A stretch of 41,646 nt of DNA from a virus (lineage: Duplodnaviria; Heunggongvirae; Uroviricota; Caudoviricetes). The DNA lies in the IMG/VR virus record IMGVR_UViG_2737471837_000010, positions 1 to 41,646 of that record; one strand, written 5' to 3'. The position numbers and the translations under genes were made by a program. Below are positions 14,158 through 27,361 of this stretch, one piece after another (within the stretch, counting starts at the first letter, position 1; every line of letters begins with the position of its first letter). The notes below the pieces were generated by a model that worked only from the letters and a program-made list of their open reading frames with translations, did no database searches and was not told where the DNA came from.

Positions 14158-14177
<20 letters not shown>
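12858..14177 (-). CDS. C: Prohead protease/scaffold C, with the Nu3 scaffold frame nested in its 3' part; likely GTG start at VTAELRNLP
   Basis: Translation VTAELRNLPHIASMAFNEPLMLEPAYARVFF... recognised as lambda gpC; 439 aa from the GTG. The ORF track's upstream extension overlaps B. Confidence 0.9.
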
Positions 14178-17858
<3,681 letters not shown>

Positions 17859-17884
<26 letters not shown>

Positions 17885-18404
17885 TCAGCAACCCCGGTAT
17901 CAGTTCATCCAGCGCGGCTGCTTTGTTCATGGCTTTGATGATATCCCGTTTCAGGAAATCAACATGTCGGTTTTCCAGTTCCGGAAAACGCCGCTGCACC
18001 GACAGGGGGAGCCCGTCGAGAATACTGGCAATTTCACCTGCGATCCGCGACAACACGAAAGTACAGAATGCGGTTTCCACCACTTCAGCGGAGTCTCTGG
18101 CATTCTTCAGTTCCTGTGCGTCGGCCTGCGCACGCGTAAGTCGATGGCGTTCGTACTCAATAGTTCCTGGCTGGAGATCTGCCTCGCTGGCCTGCCGCAG
18201 TTCTTCAACCTCCCGGCGCAGCTTTTCGTTCTCAATTTCAGCATCCCTTTCGGCATACCATTTTATGACGGCGGCAGAGTCATAAAGCACCTCATTACCC
18301 TTGCCACCGCCTCGCAGAACGGGCATTCCCTGTTCCTGCCAGTTCTGAATGGTACGGATACTCGCACCGAAAATGTCAGCCAGCTGCTTTTTGTTGACTT
18401 CCAT
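17859..18404 (-). CDS. nu1: Terminase small subunit Nu1
   Basis: 181-aa ORF MEVNKKQLADIFGASIRTIQNWQEQGMPVLRGGGKGNEVLYD..., recognised as lambda gpNu1 with its winged-helix N-terminus. Confidence 0.95.
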
Positions 18405-18600
18405 TGTTCATTCCACGGACAAAAACAGAGAAAGGAAACGACAGAGGCCAAAAAGCTCGCTTTCAGCACCTGTCGTTTCCTTTCTTTTCAGAGGGTATTT
18501 TAAATAAAAACATTAAGTTATGACGAAGAAGAACGGAAACGCCTTAAACCGGAAAATTTTCATAAATAGCGAAAACCCGCGAGGTCGCCGCCCCGCAACC
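18405..18600. other. cos: cos region: cosN 12-nt cohesive-end sequence at 18582..18593, cosB R-elements between cosN and Nu1
   Basis: Plus-strand AGGTCGCCGCCC is the reverse complement of the lambda cohesive end GGGCGGCGACCT. Inverted copies of the CGTTTCC R-element motif are at ~18433..18444 and ~18471..18482, with a further ACGGAAACG at ~18533. Confidence 0.8.
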
Positions 18601-18792
18601 TGTCGGATCGCCGGAAAGGACCCGCAAAATGATAATAATTATCATCTACATGTCACAACGTGCATCTACGCCATCAAACCACGTCAAATAATCAATTATG
18701 ACGCAGGTATCGTATTAATTGATCTGCATCAACTTAACGTAAAAACAACTTCAGACAATACAAATCAGCGACACTGAATACAGGGCAACCTC

Positions 18793-19026
18793 ATGTCAAC
18801 GAAGAACAGAACCCGCAGAACAACAACCCGCAACATCCGCTTTCCTAACCAAATGATTGAACAAATTAACATCGCTCTTGTTCAAAAAGGGTCCGGGAAT
18901 TTCTCAGCCTGGGTCATTGAAGCCTGCCGCCGGAGACTGTGCTCAGAAAAAAGAGTTTCGCCTGAAGCAAACAAAGAAAAGAGTGACATTACTGAATTGC
19001 TCAGAAAACAGGTTAGACCAGATTGA
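18793..19026 (+). CDS. Hypothetical small protein, possibly ribbon-helix-helix like (YlcI/YnfO family by recollection)
   Basis: 77-aa ORF in the AT-rich accessory slot between cos and the lysis genes; basic N-terminus followed by a short strand-helix pattern. Family assignment is uncertain. Confidence 0.5.
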   Translation: MSTKNRTRRTTTRNIRFPNQMIEQINIALVQKGSGNFSAWVIEACRRRLCSEKRVSPEANKEKSDITELLRKQVRPD

Positions 19027-19068
19027 AGCAATTTAGATAATCGTGCAGACTACGCCCCCTCATATCAC

Positions 19069-19494
19069 ATGGAAGGTACTACAATGGCTCAGGTTGCCAT
19101 TTTTAAACAAATATTCGATAAAGTGCGAAATAATTTAAACTATCACTGGTTTTATTCTGAACTAAAACGTCACAATGTCTCACATTACATTTACTATTTA
19201 GCCACAGAGAATATTCATCTTGTTCTTGAAAACGATAATACGGTTTTAATAAAAGGACAGGGTAAGGTTGTAAATGTAAGATTTTCAAAAAATAAATGCC
19301 TTATAGAAGCCACCTTAAAAGGATTCAAATCAGGAGAGTTATCATTTTACGAATACAGGAAAAATCTTGCTACAGCAGGGGTTTTCAGATGGATTACAAA
19401 TATCCACGAAAACAAAAGGTATTACTATACCTTTGATAATTCATTACTCTTTACTGAGAACATTCAGAACACTACACAAATATTTCCGCACTAA
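19069..19494 (+). CDS. Hypothetical accessory protein, possibly DUF1398/YbcV-like
   Basis: 141-aa ORF in a very AT-rich segment on the strand opposite to the late genes. Named only from vague recollection. Confidence 0.5.
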   Translation: MEGTTMAQVAIFKQIFDKVRNNLNYHWFYSELKRHNVSHYIYYLATENIHLVLENDNTVLIKGQGKVVNVRFSKNKCLIEATLKGFKSGELSFYEYRKNLATAGVFRWITNIHENKRYYYTFDNSLLFTENIQNTTQIFPH

Positions 19495-20082
19495 ATCATA
19501 ACGTCCGGTTTCTTCCGTGCCAGAACCGGACTCGCTGGCATGATGAAATATGTGTACCCGGTAACCCCGGTGTGCATCGTTTTTGATTATTCCCGCACAC
19601 TCGCGCAGAAGGAGTTCCCCGTCGGGCTACGGTCTCTGTTAATACGGGAATACGGCGACGATACAGCGCATGATGTGTCAGGCTTGAATACCTTTATCCT
19701 TTAAAAGGGATATCAGTTAAGTTATCCCGTGTAGGGTATAAGCCATTATCAAAGCCACTCTGTAGGGAATGGCTTTTGTGATGGCATCACTTACTCTTTA
19801 CGCTGCTATCCCACTCATCCCGGAATTTTGATGGGTTATTGAAACCTTCTGCTGACATAACAACTCCTTCAATGTTTGGCTGAAATTAGGATGTCTTTCC
19901 ATCAGTCCGCCACCACAAAGAATCTTTTTTGCCATAAGGCAGGAGGTTCATCTTTCAGTGGCTGCCGGTGTTATTTCCCCACTTACTGGCTTGGGTTGTT
20001 TCGTGGTACTGCCGTTAACTGGTGGCCCAGAATAAATTCCGGTTTCATTATCAAGCCCACCCGTAAATGGGCTTTGTAATGG

Positions 20083-20352
20083 CTACTTCACTTTTGCTTT
20101 TGCTTTTGCTTCCGCTCGCTTACGCCGGCGCTCTTCTTTCCTCTCGGCTTTTGCCATGTCCATGAATGCCTGCATGATCGAGTTCCGCATCATGTAGCTA
20201 ACAAAGTGATGATTGACACAGCCGTTGAGGCGCAGCTGCTCGCCAAACTCATCCACCGAGGCCAATGCTTCCATCATGCCCTTCTCGCCTTTCATGAACT
20301 CTGAGAAGTCGCGCCCCGCTCTGGAGGCGCATTCAATAACACGATCACTCAT
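20083..20352 (-). CDS. Hypothetical protein with a highly basic Lys/Arg/Ala-rich C-terminal tail
   Basis: 89-aa ORF whose start overlaps the stop of the upstream gene; no recognisable motif. Confidence 0.45.
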   Translation of the reverse strand: MSDRVIECASRAGRDFSEFMKGEKGMMEALASVDEFGEQLRLNGCVNHHFVSYMMRNSIMQAFMDMAKAERKEERRRKRAEAKAKAKVK

Positions 20353-20846
20353 CCCGGAAGCCCGGGGATCGTAATCTGCAGCTGGTTAGCCAGGGAGTTA
20401 ATCTCAGCGACCAACACTGGCTTCGTATAGCGCCATGCTGCCAGCCCTTGTCCGCAGAAGCTCGCCATGTCTTTCTTCTGGTCAAACTCATGACATTTCA
20501 TGTTGAGCTGCGCACTTAAGCTGTTGCGATGCTGAAGTTCTCCGGTGAAGTAGTCATCGAGGACTTTATAGGCCGCGTACTTGAACCCGGGGTTTAACCA
20601 AGCCGCATAATCGTAAGCAACAAACTTCCCGCCATATGTTCCACCGTGTACACCGCGCTCAGTAAAAACCACAGATTCGTGGTTTTTCTCCAGCTCGGCT
20701 AAGAACTCTTTGGTCTGCTTGTTTCGCAGGTAGTGGTAAGGCGATTCAGATTCACTTTTACCACTGGCTTTCCACATATCAGTGAGGCAGATCATGCCAT
20801 CTTCACCGATACGAATTGGTTGATTGAAGAGGGTTAATGATTTCAT
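20349..20846 (-). CDS. Hypothetical protein, possible KilA-N-like DNA-binding domain
   Basis: 165-aa ORF in the lambda bor position between Rz and cos, with good coding character. The domain call is a weak resemblance only. Confidence 0.4.
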   Translation of the reverse strand: MKSLTLFNQPIRIGEDGMICLTDMWKASGKSESESPYHYLRNKQTKEFLAELEKNHESVVFTERGVHGGTYGGKFVAYDYAAWLNPGFKYAAYKVLDDYFTGELQHRNSLSAQLNMKCHEFDQKKDMASFCGQGLAAWRYTKPVLVAEINSLANQLQITIPGLPG

Positions 20847-21047
20847 AGCGTGTACCTACTCTTTGAAATGAACCTTTGCCGCACAGGAAACCAGCCCACC
20901 GAGGCTCGCCAGCACTAACTGGTATCCTCAAAGGCCCATTCCAAAGGGGCAGGTTCGGTGTAAAAAACATGCGTTGCGGTACGCATTTATTGCAAAAAAC
21001 CCCGCATCGCGAGGCTCATTAAATGGACTTTGTGATTTGCAAAAAAA

Positions 21048-21518
21048 TTATTTCAGGCATTGCGTCCTGATGTATTCCTGCAGGTAGTTAACCTGCGCGG
21101 TTATCTTGTCGATTCCACTTCGGAGACGGTAATAATTGAGTTCAGCATCTGCTGTAAGTCCAGGGCTTTCTCCATCGCCCATGCCGCTGGCTCCGGTCGT
21201 TGACTTTGCACAGGTGGCGGCGACTTGCAGGCGCTTACGCCCAGCAGAAACATCAGCACGGAGACTTTCGATAGTCGCGTTAGCATCAGCAAGCTCCTTT
21301 GTGTATCTTGCATCGAGCGCAGCAACATCACGCTGACGCATCTGCATGTCAGTAATTGCCGCGTTCGCCAGCTTCAGTTCTCTGGCATTTTTGTCGCGCT
21401 GGGCTTTGTAGGTAATGGCGTTATCACGGTAATGATTAACAGCCCATGACAGGCCGACGATGATGCAGATAACCAGAGCGGAGATAATCGCGGTTACTCT
21501 GTTCATTGCTGACCCCAC
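21048..21518 (-). CDS. Rz: Spanin inner-membrane subunit Rz
   Basis: About 153 aa with an N-terminal transmembrane segment followed by coiled-coil sequence, immediately downstream of the endolysin gene. Confidence 0.85.
   Translation of the reverse strand: MGSAMNRVTAIISALVICIIVGLSWAVNHYRDNAITYKAQRDKNARELKLANAAITDMQMRQRDVAALDARYTKELADANATIESLRADVSAGRKRLQVAATCAKSTTGASGMGDGESPGLTADAELNYYRLRSGIDKITAQVNYLQEYIRTQCLK
21101..21286 (-). CDS. Rz1: Spanin outer-membrane lipoprotein Rz1, embedded in the +1 frame of Rz
   Basis: Embedded ORF reading [20 protein letters not shown] followed by a Pro-rich segment; the lipobox-like sequence ends in Cys. Confidence 0.6.
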   Translation of the reverse strand: MLTRLSKVSVLMFLLGVSACKSPPPVQSQRPEPAAWAMEKALDLQQMLNSIITVSEVESTR

Positions 21519-22000
21519 AAACAGACTTCACGCTCAATCTCACGGCGAGTCATCAGTCCTTTCCATTGATTACCGCCAGCGTATGTCCAGCGCCGTAGCT
21601 GATCACATGCGCCTTTGATATCACCGTGGTTTATTTTGCGAAGAAGCGTCGATGTTCTGAAATTGCCAGCACCCACGTTGTAGACGAACGAGTAAAGAGC
21701 GCCGCGCGTTGTTTCCGGTATATCGACTTTGATGTACGGGTTAATTTGTCTGGCGACAGTGGCAAGGTCTTTATTCAGGAGGGCTTTGCACTCTGCTTCG
21801 GTATACGTTTTACCGGGAATGATGTCTTTTCCTGTATGCCCGTAACATACAGTCCATACACCAACTATGTCTTTGTAAGGATTATGTCTCACACCTTCCA
21901 GACCATCGTTACCACTTGGGCCAGTGATTAACACAGATGCTATAGCAATAGCCCCGCCACCAATAGCAGCAGCAACAGCTTTTCGTAATGATGGAGGCAT
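21503..22000 (-). CDS. R: SAR endolysin (phage 21 R-type lysozyme)
   Basis: 165-aa [39 protein letters not shown]... with an N-terminal signal-anchor-release segment; recalled as near-identical to R21/RrrD. Confidence 0.9.
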   Translation of the reverse strand: MPPSLRKAVAAAIGGGAIAIASVLITGPSGNDGLEGVRHNPYKDIVGVWTVCYGHTGKDIIPGKTYTEAECKALLNKDLATVARQINPYIKVDIPETTRGALYSFVYNVGAGNFRTSTLLRKINHGDIKGACDQLRRWTYAGGNQWKGLMTRREIEREVCLWGQQ

Positions 22001-22215
22001 TATCCACCTCTCGCAGCCTTGCGCTTATCTTCTTTAATCTTGAAATAAAGGTTTGTCAGGTACGTCAGCAGGCCAAATACCAGGCTACCCAGCACTCCAA
22101 TTGCCGCCCACTGTGAGGGCGTGACTTTATCTAGCAGCTGTAAAAACCAGTACCCGGCACTACCTGCTGAGGTGCCATAGGCGACACCCGTTGTTAACTT
22201 ATCCATGGATTTCAT
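22000..22215 (-). CDS. S: Pinholin (phage 21 S-type holin)
   Basis: 71-aa [31 protein letters not shown]... with two transmembrane segments and a charged C-terminus; matches my recollection of S21/EssD. Confidence 0.9.
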
Positions 22216-22326
22216 AACCCCACCTCGCAGACAAAGCGGGTGTAAATTGAGGGAATACTACGAAACGTAACAGACTCGGAGTCAGTGAATAACTCAGGTA
22301 TTGGGTTATCAGCTAATATCGAGACT

Positions 22327-22358
22327 CAAAAAATGGAAAAACCCGCTCGACGGCGGGT
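22327..22358 (-). terminator. Rho-independent terminator on the minus strand upstream of S (candidate tR')
   Basis: Hairpin ACCCGC-TCGACG-GCGGGT followed on the minus strand by a T-rich run (plus-strand AAAAAATGGAAAAA). Confidence 0.5.
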
Positions 22359-22788
22359 TTAAGCTGTGTGACGAAGTAACCACTCTTAACAGCATAACCA
22401 ATTTTTTACGTACGTAAACCACTAAATGATATTTGCGAGAATGCTACCGAGTATTGAAAACACCACTACAAATACATAAGCAAATCTCAACAAATAACCA
22501 ACAAATAATTTCCAGTGTTATTTTTAGCCGATTTAAATTGAACCTTCAAATTATAGAGCCCTTATAAATAACAGCCGTTAATATAAATTGGCTAATAGAT
22601 TTATTTTTATTCAGCCAAGAGCTATGAATAGGATTCGATAGAAAAAAGTTCAGATAAAAATAGAGATCTACTTCACAAATCAAACGAGAAACCAAAACTT
22701 ACATCTTGAAATAATCACATTGATTAGATGAATATTTATCGCGCAGTGACATCATTTTTTAATAATAGTTCAAAAAAAAGGGCTCACG

Positions 22789-23871
22789 ATGAAAAAATTA
22801 ACAGTGGCAATTTCTGCTGTAGCTGCATCAGTACTGATGGCGATGTCTGCTCAGGCAGCTGAAATTTATAATAAAGACAGTAACAAGCTGGATCTGTACG
22901 GGAAAGTTAATGCTAAGCACTACTTCTCCTCTAATGATGCAGATGATGGTGATACTACTTATGCCCGTCTTGGCTTCAAAGGTGAAACCCAAATCAACGA
23001 TCAACTGACTGGTTTCGGTCAGTGGGAATATGAATTCAAAGGCAACCGCGCTGAATCTCAAGGTTCCTCCAAAGACAAAACCCGTCTTGCATTTGCAGGC
23101 CTGAAATTCGGTGACTACGGCTCAATCGATTACGGCCGTAACTACGGTGTAGCATACGACATCGGTGCGTGGACTGACGTTCTGCCAGAATTCGGTGGCG
23201 ATACCTGGACCCAAACAGATGTGTTCATGACTGGTCGCACCACTGGTGTTGCAACTTATCGTAACAACGACTTCTTTGGTCTGGTTGATGGTCTGAACTT
23301 TGCTGCTCAGTATCAGGGTAAAAATGACCGCACTGACGTAACTGAAGCTAATGGTGATGGTTTCGGTTTCTCCACTACTTATGAGTATGAAGGATTCGGT
23401 GTAGGTGCAACCTATGCTAAATCTGACCGCACTAATAATCAGGTTATCTACGGTAACAACAGCCTGAATGCATCTGGTCAAAATGCTGAAGTATGGGCAG
23501 CTGGTCTGAAATATGATGCGAACAACATCTATCTGGCTACCACCTATTCTGAAACCCAGAACATGACTGTTTTTGGTAATAACCATATTGCCAACAAAGC
23601 ACAAAACTTCGAAGTAGTTGCACAATATCAGTTCGACTTCGGTCTGCGTCCGTCCGTTGCTTACCTGCAATCTAAAGGAAAAGACTTGGGTGCGTGGGGT
23701 GATCAGGACCTGGTTGAATATATTGATGTAGGTGCAACCTATTACTTCAACAAAAATATGTCCACTTTTGTTGATTACAAAATCAACCTGATTGATAAGA
23801 GCGATTTCACGAAAGCATCTGGCGTTGCTACCGATGATATCGTTGCTGTAGGTATGGTTTACCAGTTCTAA
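22789..23871 (+). CDS. Phage-borne general porin (OmpC/OmpF/NmpC family)
   Basis: 360-aa ORF with a signal peptide ([23 protein letters not shown]), alternating beta-strand pattern and a C-terminal aromatic residue (YQF). It is oriented opposite to the flanking Q and S genes. Confidence 0.9.
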   Translation: MKKLTVAISAVAASVLMAMSAQAAEIYNKDSNKLDLYGKVNAKHYFSSNDADDGDTTYARLGFKGETQINDQLTGFGQWEYEFKGNRAESQGSSKDKTRLAFAGLKFGDYGSIDYGRNYGVAYDIGAWTDVLPEFGGDTWTQTDVFMTGRTTGVATYRNNDFFGLVDGLNFAAQYQGKNDRTDVTEANGDGFGFSTTYEYEGFGVGATYAKSDRTNNQVIYGNNSLNASGQNAEVWAAGLKYDANNIYLATTYSETQNMTVFGNNHIANKAQNFEVVAQYQFDFGLRPSVAYLQSKGKDLGAWGDQDLVEYIDVGATYYFNKNMSTFVDYKINLIDKSDFTKASGVATDDIVAVGMVYQF

Positions 23872-24002
23872 TTTGATTACTAAAAGATATGTTGCGGGAG
23901 GCTTTGCCTCCCCAACATATAAGTGGCTCCCTCAAGCCACTTCCTTTAGGAGCACAACCTTGCTTCTAACTATATAAACCTTCTGTTATATATTACCCTT
24001 TA

Positions 24003-24032
24003 TTTTTGGGGGCGTTGCAACGCCCCATTTTT
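24003..24032. terminator. Bidirectional rho-independent terminator between the porin and Q
   Basis: Perfect palindrome GGGGCGTTGCAACGCCCC flanked by T-runs on both sides (TTTTT...ATTTTT). Confidence 0.6.
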
Positions 24033-24059
24033 AATAATTTTTAGTAAACAATTGGCATA

Positions 24060-24458
24060 TTAATTAGAGTTATTAACAACGATATCCATCTCTAACCGAA
24101 TATCTAATGCCATTAACATCCCTTCAATTATGCCCTCAGCCTTCTGTAACCTTTTCCCGATATAACCATCAGAGCAGCAATGCTTACCTGCCAGTGACAT
24201 GAATGTCATACCGACTACATAATAATCTACTAATAAATCGTGCAAATCGCTGTTGTTCTTTTTCAGACGGGCCATGCACCCGCAAATAATCATCGCGTCA
24301 TCGTCACAACATTGCGGGCGAGATTTTACTTTTGAAGTAATTAATCCCTTAAAACCGGCGGCAATGGACGACCAGGTCACATCTTCATGATTATTAGCCG
24401 CCCACGCTCCCCAACGCTCAAGAACCATCTGAATATCACGCATCAACTTACTCCACAA
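24060..24458 (-). CDS. Q: Late antiterminator Q (phage 21/DLP12 quuD type); the true start may be the internal MRDIQ
   Basis: [24 protein letters not shown]... with a Cys-rich zinc-binding region; sits immediately downstream of rusA/ylcG as in DLP12. Confidence 0.85.
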   Translation of the reverse strand: MWSKLMRDIQMVLERWGAWAANNHEDVTWSSIAAGFKGLITSKVKSRPQCCDDDAMIICGCMARLKKNNSDLHDLLVDYYVVGMTFMSLAGKHCCSDGYIGKRLQKAEGIIEGMLMALDIRLEMDIVVNNSN

Positions 24459-24528
24459 AAATCAGACCAGAACGCCAATTACAAGCAAAAATCAACGAAA
24501 CAGTATTAGTTGATTGTTATCTCTGACT

Positions 24529-24669
24529 TCATACTCCTGCTCCTGTCAGGGTTTTGGCGTAATTCTTCAGTATTCGGTAATCGGTCAAAACAGAACCGGG
24601 GAAACGATATAAGCGCAGACGCCCCCAGCGGTGGCGAAGACGTTCTGCCATATAAAACTCAAACATCAT
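24529..24669 (-). CDS. ylcG: YlcG-like small protein
   Basis: 46-codon frame [46 protein letters not shown], translated by hand; its start overlaps the rusA stop. Below the ORF track's size cutoff. Confidence 0.6.
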   Translation of the reverse strand: MMFEFYMAERLRHRWGRLRLYRFPGSVLTDYRILKNYAKTLTGAGV

Positions 24670-25028
24670 TCATTCCCCATTTCGGTGATGGTCAGTTCCA
24701 GCCTCCCACCTTTGGTAACAGGCATCTTCACAACGCGGTAATCAACGACCTGAGCATCATCCAGCCAGAAACCTGCTTTAGTGAGTGCGTCAAAAGCGGC
24801 TTTTTGCAGATTATCCAGGTCACGGCGACGGCGATCCGGCATGTGGCACTCAATGCGGATTTTCACAGGCATAGCCAAGCCGATATCCAGCATTGCGTTT
24901 TTAATGATTCGGGCGACGTTATCGCGGTATGCCTGCCCCTCTGCGCTGACGTGCGTGCGCCCGCGATTATGGCGGTAATAGCGATTATTGCTCGGAGGCC
25001 AGGGTAATGTGATGCTGTAGGTATTCAC
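24666..25028 (-). CDS. rusA: Holliday junction resolvase RusA
   Basis: 120-aa [41 protein letters not shown]..., recognised as RusA. Confidence 0.9.
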   Translation of the reverse strand: MNTYSITLPWPPSNNRYYRHNRGRTHVSAEGQAYRDNVARIIKNAMLDIGLAMPVKIRIECHMPDRRRRDLDNLQKAAFDALTKAGFWLDDAQVVDYRVVKMPVTKGGRLELTITEMGNE

Positions 25029-25315
25029 GCCTTAATAACCCCCTCTTTCAGCCAGATAACCTGTGTTCTCGCCATACCTTCCAGCGCGCATTCTTTTGCA
25101 TATGCAGCATCGACAAAATGTGTGCGGCGGTCGATTTCGTCGTGGCAGGCAGAACATGCAATGGTGGCAATCAGGTCTGGCGGTTTGGTACCGGTGCCGC
25201 ACAATCCAGTCAGCCGGATATGTGCCAGTACAGACGTTTCAGGGTTGCCATTACATACGCCAGGGATTCTTACCTGGCATTCCCGACTACGCGCTGCTTT
25301 TCTCAAATCAGCCAT
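25025..25315 (-). CDS. ybcO: YbcO-like (DUF1364) putative nuclease; start at [11 protein letters not shown], preceded by AGGAGG
   Basis: 96 aa from this start; Cys/His-rich. The ORF track's N-terminal extension overlaps ninE. Confidence 0.7.
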   Translation of the reverse strand: MADLRKAARSRECQVRIPGVCNGNPETSVLAHIRLTGLCGTGTKPPDLIATIACSACHDEIDRRTHFVDAAYAKECALEGMARTQVIWLKEGVIKA

Positions 25316-25479
25316 GATTCCTCCTTGCTGCCAGTCGCAACCATTTTTTATCAACCAGGCTGGCGGTATATCCGAGCAGTGTTGGTATTTCGGAAGGCTT
25401 CAGCTCCGGTTTACGCTTACGACGATTTGGTACTCTGTAGATGTGTCCGTTCATGACACGAATAAGCGGTGTAGCCATT
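25309..25479 (-). CDS. ninE: NinE-like small protein
   Basis: Hand-translated 56-codon frame [56 protein letters not shown]; the C-terminal half resembles lambda NinE. Coordinates are approximate to about 1 nt. Confidence 0.6.
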
Positions 25480-25933
25480 ACGCCTCCTGCTTGTCACGGA
25501 GCTGCTGGAACTCGCAGCTCTGCGGAATAGTCAGATGGCAGCCAATATTCACCGCCCAGGCTTCAACCTTACACAGGAAGACATACATCTCTCCGGTATC
25601 AAGATCGGAGGTATGGCGTAACGACTGGATAGTGGTGATATCACCGGTTACGACATCAACCAGGTCTTTGGTTTCATAACCGAGATATGTGTGTTTGAGA
25701 GCATCTTTTACCCAAGCTGGAGTGGCGAACGTTTTACCCCTGCTGATGAGGTATTCACTGATTTCGCTGTACCACATGTGGCTGAGTGCATTCTGGGAAA
25801 GACTGCGTTTCTCACGCCACGGTTTAAGCACCATGCGAAAGCATTTGCCCTCCTCCAGATAAGGCTGGATCTGCCGACCGATAGCGGTGAAGTTACCGCG
25901 ATGCAGTTTGATGCCATCTTGTGGTAGGTTCAC
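25478..25933 (-). CDS. YbcN-like nin-region protein
   Basis: 151-aa ORF at the head of the nin cluster, with the size and position of DLP12 ybcN. The name is from recollection only. Confidence 0.6.
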   Translation of the reverse strand: MNLPQDGIKLHRGNFTAIGRQIQPYLEEGKCFRMVLKPWREKRSLSQNALSHMWYSEISEYLISRGKTFATPAWVKDALKHTYLGYETKDLVDVVTGDITTIQSLRHTSDLDTGEMYVFLCKVEAWAVNIGCHLTIPQSCEFQQLRDKQEA

Positions 25934-26469
25934 GCTTCACCTCCACAGAGGTCAGACGCTGGATGCAAAAAAACGCAGGTGCATTTCTGCATCTGTGAAT
26001 GGAGAAGAGAGTTTGGATTGTATGTGCGCATAAACGTCCCCGTTTAGCGCAGAAGTCACCGGAGTTGTTCAGGCTCCGATGACATTATTATGGCATTTTG
26101 ATTATTGGATCTCAATTTTGTATTGTTAAATTAGATGATTAGTTTCACAAATTAATAATTTCAGTCTAACATCATGTTAGCAAACAGTAAAAATGATGAA
26201 TGTTGTAACAAAGGGTGTTAAAACATTTAACAAACGTTCATCTCAACCATAAAAACTCAAAAAGAAAACAACCCCAATATAATAAACAGCCCATCAAAAT
26301 AGCAGTTCATAATTTAATCTTGACCATAAGCTTATTCTAAATAGCATGCCCCCTACAAGAAAATGCAGGGAGCTTGCATTGTGATATTATTATTTCATTA
26401 ACATCAAATACGTTAAATATAACTCACGAGTTCAACAACATCTCAATATTGGGAAAAATCACCAAATTA

Positions 26470-26513
26470 AAAAATAACCCCATAAAGAACTCCAAATCAT
26501 TAAAAATTTGGAG
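26470..26513 (-). terminator. Rho-independent terminator on the minus strand just after the HAD gene
   Basis: Hairpin CTCCAAAT-loop-ATTTGGAG followed on the minus strand by a T-rich tract (GGGGTTATTTTTTAATTT). Confidence 0.55.
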
Positions 26514-26524
26514 CCTGCACATGC

Positions 26525-27361
26525 TCATTTCAAATTCAGCAGCTCTGAAAAACTATTAACAACATAATCAGGTCTAACATTGGAGAATGCTTTTCTAAGT
26601 TGTTCCTCCCTCTCCACATCTGCATCTTTCCAGTGTGTGATTTTCACTAAAACTTTCCACAATTCAGGTGAAAACTGTCGCCCATAATTAGCCCAAACAG
26701 CAGTAACCCCCACAGCTTTAGCCATGGACATATCTTTAGTTATAGAATCGCCAATGTATACCGCATCTTCAACACTAACTCCTTCAAAAGAACATATGTG
26801 CTCAAGCAATTTAGGGTTTGGCTTTGACTCAGCGCAGGACAATCTAATTACAAAGTCATCCTTCACAGGTATTTTTTTTGCATTTTTGGGATTCGGGTGG
26901 ATATTATGAATATCTTCTAATGTATAAAGATGATCAAAAAAATCAATTATACCAAGCTTATTCAGACGATATAAAGAATTAAACTCCAAAGCTTCAGTAT
27001 GCCCTACAATTTTTACCCCCCGTTTCTTCAATAATTCCAGCGTTTCTTTTACAGTAGGATACAACATTAATGTCTGGTTACGTTTTGTGCTAAACGCCTG
27101 AAAAACATTAGTAAGTTTTTCCTGCAAAATCGTTTTATCATTAGTTCCAAAGTAAGATATCACAGATGGTAGCTCTAAAGTAGCAAATGGTTTTTCTGAG
27201 TTACCAAACTTCTGATGAATTGTTTTATATTCTGACAGGAGCGTATCCAAAGGCACATCAATATCCTTAGATAATTGCTCTGCCATGGCACTAAATGACT
27301 GGGAGTAAAAACTCACCCAATCGTACAGTGTATTATCCAAATCAGTAATAAGTAATTTCAT
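26525..27361 (-). CDS. HAD-superfamily hydrolase (phosphatase-like)
   Basis: 278-aa ORF with HAD motif I (ITDLDNTLYDW, DxDxT) and a C-terminal YIGDSITKD motif. AT-rich. Its start overlaps the upstream stop (ATGA). Confidence 0.85.
   Translation of the reverse strand: MKLLITDLDNTLYDWVSFYSQSFSAMAEQLSKDIDVPLDTLLSEYKTIHQKFGNSEKPFATLELPSVISYFGTNDKTILQEKLTNVFQAFSTKRNQTLMLYPTVKETLELLKKRGVKIVGHTEALEFNSLYRLNKLGIIDFFDHLYTLEDIHNIHPNPKNAKKIPVKDDFVIRLSCAESKPNPKLLEHICSFEGVSVEDAVYIGDSITKDMSMAKAVGVTAVWANYGRQFSPELWKVLVKITHWKDADVEREEQLRKAFSNVRPDYVVNSFSELLNLK

Noticed and set aside
19495-20082. Possible tRNA gene in the non-coding stretch, as some lambdoid phages carry tRNAs near Q and S
   Set aside because: I could not find a cloverleaf-compatible segment with a conserved T-loop (GTTCRANYC) by eye; a tRNAscan run would settle it.
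26374-26559. 61-aa plus-strand ORF in the AT-rich gap between the nin genes and the HAD gene
   Set aside because: Low-complexity Asn/Ile/Lys-rich product with no ribosome-binding site; it overlaps the minus-strand terminator of the HAD gene.
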